A stretch of DNA of 63,984 nucleotides, filler included, from Mitosporidium daphniae (lineage: Eukaryota): NCBI RefSeq assembly GCF_000760515.2. It is 4 parts of 4 records of this genome, joined end to end, with 100 filler letters (N's around TTAATTAATTAA, not from the genome) between each part and the next. Parts side by side here need not be neighbours in the genome. Positions count along the whole stretch, not along the records: positions 51,162 to 63,984 come from NW_013546698.1; 3 more parts are not named here. One strand, given 5' to 3'. Below, piece after piece: positions 58,527 to 63,984 of the stretch. Under the pieces are notes generated by a model, which searched no databases, was not told where the DNA came from, and was given only the letters and a program-made list of their open reading frames with translations. A program made the position numbers and the translations under genes. How positions within the stretch are numbered: the first letter of the stretch is position 1; every line of letters begins with the position of its first letter.

Positions 58527-59191
58527 ATGAAAATCATTTCGCTTCTCATCGTCCGAAGAGAGCCTTTTCCAGCAACGGTACTGGTGCAGGAGCACGATTT
58601 ATCGTCATTTAGCTTTTTTCAAAGGACATCGTATGCATATTTTTTGCAGCTAATTCTCAGGGCTACTCGAGAGCTTTTATCTTTTTTTGCTACTACATTG
58701 GTGGAGAAAACTACTCCTGGAGTGTACCAAGCAGTCCAGCAAGATGGTATCGGATGTTTTTTATCATAGCGTATACCGGATATGTTCATGTACAGCCTAA
58801 CCAAGGACTTGCAGGAGTGGCCATCACCGATAATGAGTATCCCCAAAATGTTGCTTTTGATGTGATTACCAAAATGCTTACAACTTTTTCTTCGCGATTT
58901 TCCAAGTTGCATTGGGCAGGAATAGACAAAAACGAACTTGGGCCCTTATCTCTTCCACAGCTACGCGATATGCTTCGTTCATTCCAGGACCCAGCAGAGG
59001 CTAATGACTTGCTTAAAGTTCAAAAATACCTTGATGAAACTAGAACCGTTCTCACCACAACCATTGAAGCGCTTTTGGAACGAGGAGAAAAGCTCGACAC
59101 CCTTGTTGAAAAGTCAGAGCAAATTTCCATCCAATCAAAGGCTTTTTATAAAGTTGCAAAAAAAACAAATTCTTGCTGCTGGATACAGTAA
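58527..59191 (+). CDS. YKT6: Longin R-SNARE Ykt6
   Basis: DLSSFSFFQR, QDPAEA, LLERGEKLD and C-terminal NSCCWIQ prenylation motif. Confidence 0.95.
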
Positions 59192-59361
59192 ATCTACGCC
59201 ACCCATCACTACCATTTGTAAAGTCTGCTTTAGGAGTAAAAATTTTAAACTCTTCAAATTTTACATTTACAAAATGATTTAACGAACTGATTGGACAATC
59301 AATAAACCAATCACAGATTCAAGCTAATTAATAGTTAATTAATTTTAGAATTATTGTTTAC

Positions 59362-60207
59362 ATGAAGGATCCACTCTCCTCTCCTTTAGAGTCACCCAAA
59401 GTTCCAATGCCCTCTTTCACAGTTTTGTTACATTGCAGCATAAAAAGAGACACTGAATTGCACCAATCTACAACTATTGGGGTATCTTCAACCGATTCTC
59501 TTCTTTCTATTAAACAAAACATAACTAAAAAGATGCTTTACCCTCTTGAGTCCTATATGGTCCAACTCGGCTCTGGGGAATGCATATTAAACAAGGATAG
59601 TAGTGAGGAATATCTCTCTTCAAAGACTATAGGGGAGTTTGTAGATATTCCTCTTTCGGCAATAGGCTCTACCTCTGTGGACACGACGACCCTGAAGCAC
59701 TTGACTCTTGTTGTTAGTCATACAAAGTGCGAAATCAAAACACCTCAAATAACGGCTCAAATAACAACACCGCAACAGCAGCCACCTCTTCATATTCATA
59801 CTGATGATAATTGTTGCACATCCCAGAGTAACCACGAAGATGAAGTTGTCTGTAAGCAGGATTCGCTCCCTCAAGCTGAGAATGCCAATGAGACTGTGGA
59901 GAACAATCAAAATAGAGATGCAGATCTCTTGAAAATGCTGTACAAGATCATTACATTTTTGATTCTAATGCGAACGGAAGCTGAGCTAATTAATATCGCT
60001 GCTGTTATGTTTATTTCTTTCCTATTAGGCTTGAATCATTTCAAATTGCTAAATTTTACGCTTAAGGTTCTCCCTGAAGATGAAACAGAAAAAAAAAAGA
60101 AACTAGAAAAAAACCGAATTTCATTGTTCATGGAAGAGGCAAAGAACATCATTTACACCTTTGTGCTTTCGGCATTCCCAACCTTTTCTTTAATTAATTC
60201 AGAATAA
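59362..60207 (+). CDS. Probable ubiquitin-like domain plus C-terminal TM protein (HERP/Usa1-like layout)
   Basis: UBL-like N-terminus (TDSLLSIKQNI...HLTLVV), hydrophobic C-terminal segments and YTFVLSAFP end. Confidence 0.45.
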   Translation: MKDPLSSPLESPKVPMPSFTVLLHCSIKRDTELHQSTTIGVSSTDSLLSIKQNITKKMLYPLESYMVQLGSGECILNKDSSEEYLSSKTIGEFVDIPLSAIGSTSVDTTTLKHLTLVVSHTKCEIKTPQITAQITTPQQQPPLHIHTDDNCCTSQSNHEDEVVCKQDSLPQAENANETVENNQNRDADLLKMLYKIITFLILMRTEAELINIAAVMFISFLLGLNHFKLLNFTLKVLPEDETEKKKKLEKNRISLFMEEAKNIIYTFVLSAFPTFSLINSE

Positions 60208-60240
60208 AATACTATGTAATGGACATTTAAAATTAAATTT

Positions 60241-60837
60241 ATGTCTGCCATCCCCACTGCTGCTCCACCTGGTAAAAAGAAACAAAAACTCATTCCAAGA
60301 GCAATTTTTGACTCGCCATTCATTCCGCAGTCATTGTTAACAACTGCTGGGGAATCTTCCCCGGTCATTTGGGACAAATATAACAACAATACCATTTCTG
60401 AAAGCTGGGTTGAAACCAACTTTTCAAATACAAACATCAACAAAAATATGGTGATTGGACTTCGGGAAGTGATGCGTTCAATTGGTAAAGCGATTTCGGA
60501 GTGTTATCCAGATTTTGTTTTGATCGAAAAGCCCGGAAACGCAGGCAGTGGCAGGCCACATAGGATGATATATGATCATCTTCTATTAGTATGCTATCTG
60601 AGGCAAATCCCGGTGTTTCTTATGTCTTCTGGATCGGCATCATTTCTTGCCAAAATGTACAATTTGAAGAGGTGTTCCGTTATTAGCCCAACCGTAAGCC
60701 ATGTTACTTACTTTTAACGACAGAAAGCAGCGAAGCTTCCGCTTCCCCTTCCACTCCAGAGTGCCTCGGCACCGATTGTAGAAAAACCAATAACATATTC
60801 GTTTCCCAGCCGCAAAAACAAAAACGACCTGCAATAG
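60241..60837 (+). CDS. L7Ae-fold protein, RNase P/MRP Pop3/Rpp38-like
   Basis: IFDSPF, VIGLREVMR, HLLLVC...IPV, LAKMYNLKRCSVI. Confidence 0.55.
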
Positions 60838-60958
60838 AAGCGACGGGCCGGCAAATGCGCCTCCTTCCATGCAAGCTAGAGCGAGAAGAGGAGAAAGTCT
60901 GCAAACAGCAAATAAAAGAAATGATTTAATGTATTAATGTTTTATTCGCCTTACTCAA

Positions 60959-62086
60959 TTAGAAGCACTTACGATGGACGATAGAGGGACCGTGTTCATC
61001 GTACTCTTGTTTCGAAATCCACATCTGCTGGAAGGTAGAAAGGGACGCCAGAATCGAGCCACCAATCCATACGGAGTATTTGCGCTCAGGAGGAGCAACG
61101 ATCTTCACCTTCATAGTGGGTGGGGCAAGGGCCGAGAGCTCTTTTTGCATGCGCTCGGCAATGCCTGGATACATGGTGGTTCCTCCAGAAAGGACTACAT
61201 TTGAGTACAAGTCCTTGCGAATATCAAGATCACATTTCATGATAGAATTGTATGTGGTCTCATGGATGCCAGCGCTTTCAGATCCCAAATATGAGGGCTG
61301 GAAGAGGGCCTCTGGAGTACGGAAACGCTCATTGCCAATGGTGATCACTTGGCCATCAGGAAGTTCATAGGTCTTTTCAATGGAAGAAGATTTGGCAGCA
61401 GTTTGCATTTCTTGTTCAAAATCGTTTGCAACATAGCACAGCTTCTCCTTGATATCTCGAACGATTTCGCGCTCGGCAGACGTAGTAAACGAATAGCCGC
61501 GCTCCGTGAGCAATTTGATAAGGTAGTCAGTCATGTCGCGACCAGCCATATCAAGACGAAGAATGGCGTGCGGAAGGGCATATCCTTCATAGATGGGAAC
61601 CGTATGGCTTACACCATCGCCAGAATCCAACACAATTCCGGTGGTACGTCCAGAAGCATACAGAGAAAGCACGGCCTGAATGGCAACATAGCAGGCGGGC
61701 GTATTGAAGGTTTCAAACATAATCTGGATCATCTTTTCGCGATTGTTCTTGGGGTTCATCGGGGCCTCGGTCAAAAGGACGGGGTGCTCCTCAGGCGCAA
61801 CACGAAGCTCATTGAAAAAGGTGTGATGCCATATTTTTTCCATGTCATCCCAGTTTGTAACAATACCATGCTCAATTGGATATCTCAATGAAAGGATTCC
61901 TCTCTTCGACTGGGCTTCATCGCCAACGTAGGAGTCTTTCTGGCCCATTCCTATCATCACACCCTTGTGCCTGGGACGGCCAACGATGGACGGGAAAACG
62001 GCTCTGGGAGCATCGTCTCCAGCAAATCCGGCCTTGCACATACCAGACCCATTATCAACAACCAATGCAGCAATTTCGTCAGACAT
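60959..62086 (-). CDS. ACT1: Actin
   Basis: Canonical 375-aa actin. A probable 5'UTR intron (62087-62255) ends immediately before the ATG. Confidence 0.99.
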   Translation of the reverse strand: MSDEIAALVVDNGSGMCKAGFAGDDAPRAVFPSIVGRPRHKGVMIGMGQKDSYVGDEAQSKRGILSLRYPIEHGIVTNWDDMEKIWHHTFFNELRVAPEEHPVLLTEAPMNPKNNREKMIQIMFETFNTPACYVAIQAVLSLYASGRTTGIVLDSGDGVSHTVPIYEGYALPHAILRLDMAGRDMTDYLIKLLTERGYSFTTSAEREIVRDIKEKLCYVANDFEQEMQTAAKSSSIEKTYELPDGQVITIGNERFRTPEALFQPSYLGSESAGIHETTYNSIMKCDLDIRKDLYSNVVLSGGTTMYPGIAERMQKELSALAPPTMKVKIVAPPERKYSVWIGGSILASLSTFQQMWISKQEYDEHGPSIVHRKCF

Positions 62087-62369
62087 CTATGGATTAGAAA
62101 ACTTTGCGTTTGATTAAATATAGATTATAATAAAGTAAGATTGGCTAGCAACGTCCTAAAATGTCGACAGATCATGAATCAATCAAATATCAAACATCAA
62201 CAAGTCACACGGATAACATGCTCTTTTTGGCCAAGTGACGGTAAAAATGGGGTACCTTTAAATTGTGATCAGAATAAAAAGCATCTTGTTTGGTTCTTTT
62301 TGAGATGTTGCGAATTTGCGCTACGCAGAAAGCGATTTAAAACTTAAACAAGACTTTAATTTTAAAGCA

Positions 62370-63074
62370 ATGGATTGGTACCTGGAGGTTGTGGACTCTC
62401 CTAGACTCCCAGCCGGTATTAAATTCAAGCTCTCCCCAGGAGCACCCTCATACACATTTGGGCGCGAAAAATCGGCCAATGAGCATCATATCCGGATTCC
62501 AGAAGTAAATGTCAGCCGTTCGCATGCCATTATGTTTTGCCGTGGCGAGCAGCCGGAATTCTCTCCCCCATTCATATGTGACATGGGATCCGTTATCGGG
62601 ACTTTTGTCAATGATACCAGAATTTCAGAAGAAAGGATAAAANCCCAGCCATATCAACTTTACCATAAGGATAAAGTTTCGATTGGCCAAACCCAGTTTA
62701 GAGTTGTTCGGTATAATACTCGTGAGGCCGATGATGATGATGATGACCATGAGGGGATAGAACTTGACGAAAATTTATCTGATCCTATGGATGGGTTTTC
62801 AGATGCTGAAGAGTCCTCATGCTCTTCATATAGCTCGAAAGTCAAGAAATTTGCAGCCCTCACTCGGATGAAAGACTGTGCGGAAAATGTTGTTACCGCA
62901 TCTCAGTCTTCCTCAAATCCCATTCCAGAGGCAAACATTGGATTTAAAATGCTCAAGAAGCTAGGGTGGCAACGTGGTAAAGGCCTAGGTAAGGACCAAC
63001 AAGGCCTTCTTGCACCAATTGACCCTGGCTTGGATAGTCCAGATCTCCGTTCTCGACCTTCATTCCTTAGATAG
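62370..63074 (+). CDS. FHA plus G-patch domain protein (AGGF1-like architecture)
   Basis: FGRE..VSRSHA..DMGSVIGTFVN (FHA) and NIGFKMLKKLGWQRGKGLGKDQQG (G-patch). Confidence 0.85.
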   Translation: MDWYLEVVDSPRLPAGIKFKLSPGAPSYTFGREKSANEHHIRIPEVNVSRSHAIMFCRGEQPEFSPPFICDMGSVIGTFVNDTRISEERIKXQPYQLYHKDKVSIGQTQFRVVRYNTREADDDDDDHEGIELDENLSDPMDGFSDAEESSCSSYSSKVKKFAALTRMKDCAENVVTASQSSSNPIPEANIGFKMLKKLGWQRGKGLGKDQQGLLAPIDPGLDSPDLRSRPSFLR

Positions 63075-63120
63075 CTCCAATGGCTTTTTGTGCGGATATA
63101 GCTGCCTCATCATGTAATCT

Positions 63121-63984
63121 TTATTTTTCACCCTCAATTTCAACATGATCGCTTGAGAGGTATCCCTGAAGCTTAATTTGCGACATTTGGGCCATCGAGA
63201 ATACCGTATTTCCTTCAATAGGCATGTTTACAATCTGAAATTCTCTTTTAATATCCGGCCAGCTTTTTGCGTTCAGACCCAAATATGTTTTCAAATTCTC
63301 GTCCAAATGACTCGGGGCAGATTCTTGGACGAAACCCGTGCTTGCTTGGATTGGCTCGTCAAATTCATCTTCTCTTTCTTCGTAAATGATATTTTCGTCT
63401 AATAAATAAAATCCAGCCGTAGAGAATGCCAATCTCTTTTTCTTTGGCCATCCATCTAAAAATTTCGCCATAGCATAGGCAGCTGGATGTGACTTTGAAA
63501 GAGATCTTATCGAAAAATTTTCATTGATCTCCTTTTCATGTTTCACAGAAGACTCTTGCGTGTTGTGCTCGGTGGAATGGTTTTCATCGGAAGACACTCT
63601 GCTTTTCTCTGGAGCATTTGAAAGTGTAGGCAAGCAAGCTCTTTCTGTTTCAACTTGAAAGGCTGTCTTTGGCCCCCAAATTAGCACAGAATTGTTGGAT
63701 ATTGATCCGAATAGCGGGAGACAACAATGAAATGCAAAATGTCTGACATCTAGCTTGCCTTCGTCAATTGTCTTCAAGTGCATTCCAGACGCACAATCCC
63801 AAATCTGAAACTCTGTTTGCTTTGTTGTCGTTTGGGCGCCTTAATACTTAAAATATCCCCATCTCACCTGCTAATATAAGTTTGTTGTCACCAGAAAAGG
63901 CTATTGATACAAAAACGGACTTTTTAACAGCATCCTTTAGCTTTAAAATGTCCTCTTTTCGAAATGCATTTCCTAAGAAAAATA
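63121..63984 (-). CDS. SWD1: COMPASS WD40 subunit Swd1/RbBP5 (5' end outside window)
   Basis: WD40 blades followed by GFYLLDENIIYEEREDEFD, the RbBP5/Swd1 signature. Confidence 0.85.

Noticed and set aside
61349..61891. Long antisense ORFs over actin, RPS3, eRF1 and RPT5
   Set aside because: Expected shadows of conserved coding sequence, with no independent motifs.
62087..62255. Long actin leader intron (and the NHA1 intron at ~13802-13943) as snoRNA hosts
   Set aside because: No convincing C/D or H/ACA box pair found.

Overview
Compact eukaryotic genomic DNA, read with the standard code, carrying about 48 protein-coding genes in 64 kb. Intergenic spaces are often under 100 nt, and many genes carry very short (23-36 nt) spliceosomal introns with degenerate donor sites. 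The gene set is fungal-like housekeeping (Rpt5, Snu13, Dbp5, eRF1, Rps3, Chd1, Top1, condensin Ycs4, Cdc16, Arp8, Ykt6, actin, Swd1) plus mitochondrial functions (type II NADH dehydrogenase, complex III core protein, two PPR-like proteins). By inference this fits an early-diverging microsporidian/Rozellomycota parasite that still has a respiring mitochondrion (Mitosporidium-like). Three 100-nt N gaps with an artificial TTAATTAATTAA linker divide the window into four contigs. Highlights the ORF track misses: an ornithine decarboxylase antizyme gene needing a +1 frameshift at TCC-TGA-T (38907-38913); two candidate box C/D snoRNAs, one inside the long RPS3 intron; a tandem C2H2 zinc finger inserted in Arp8; a GC-AG micro-intron and a tandem SUMO-consensus array in TOP1; a 52-bp inverted copy of the CHD1 start; telomere-like repeats in intergenic DNA; and a ~2 kb gene-free island. 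Family assignments come from recognising motifs by eye, not from database searches.
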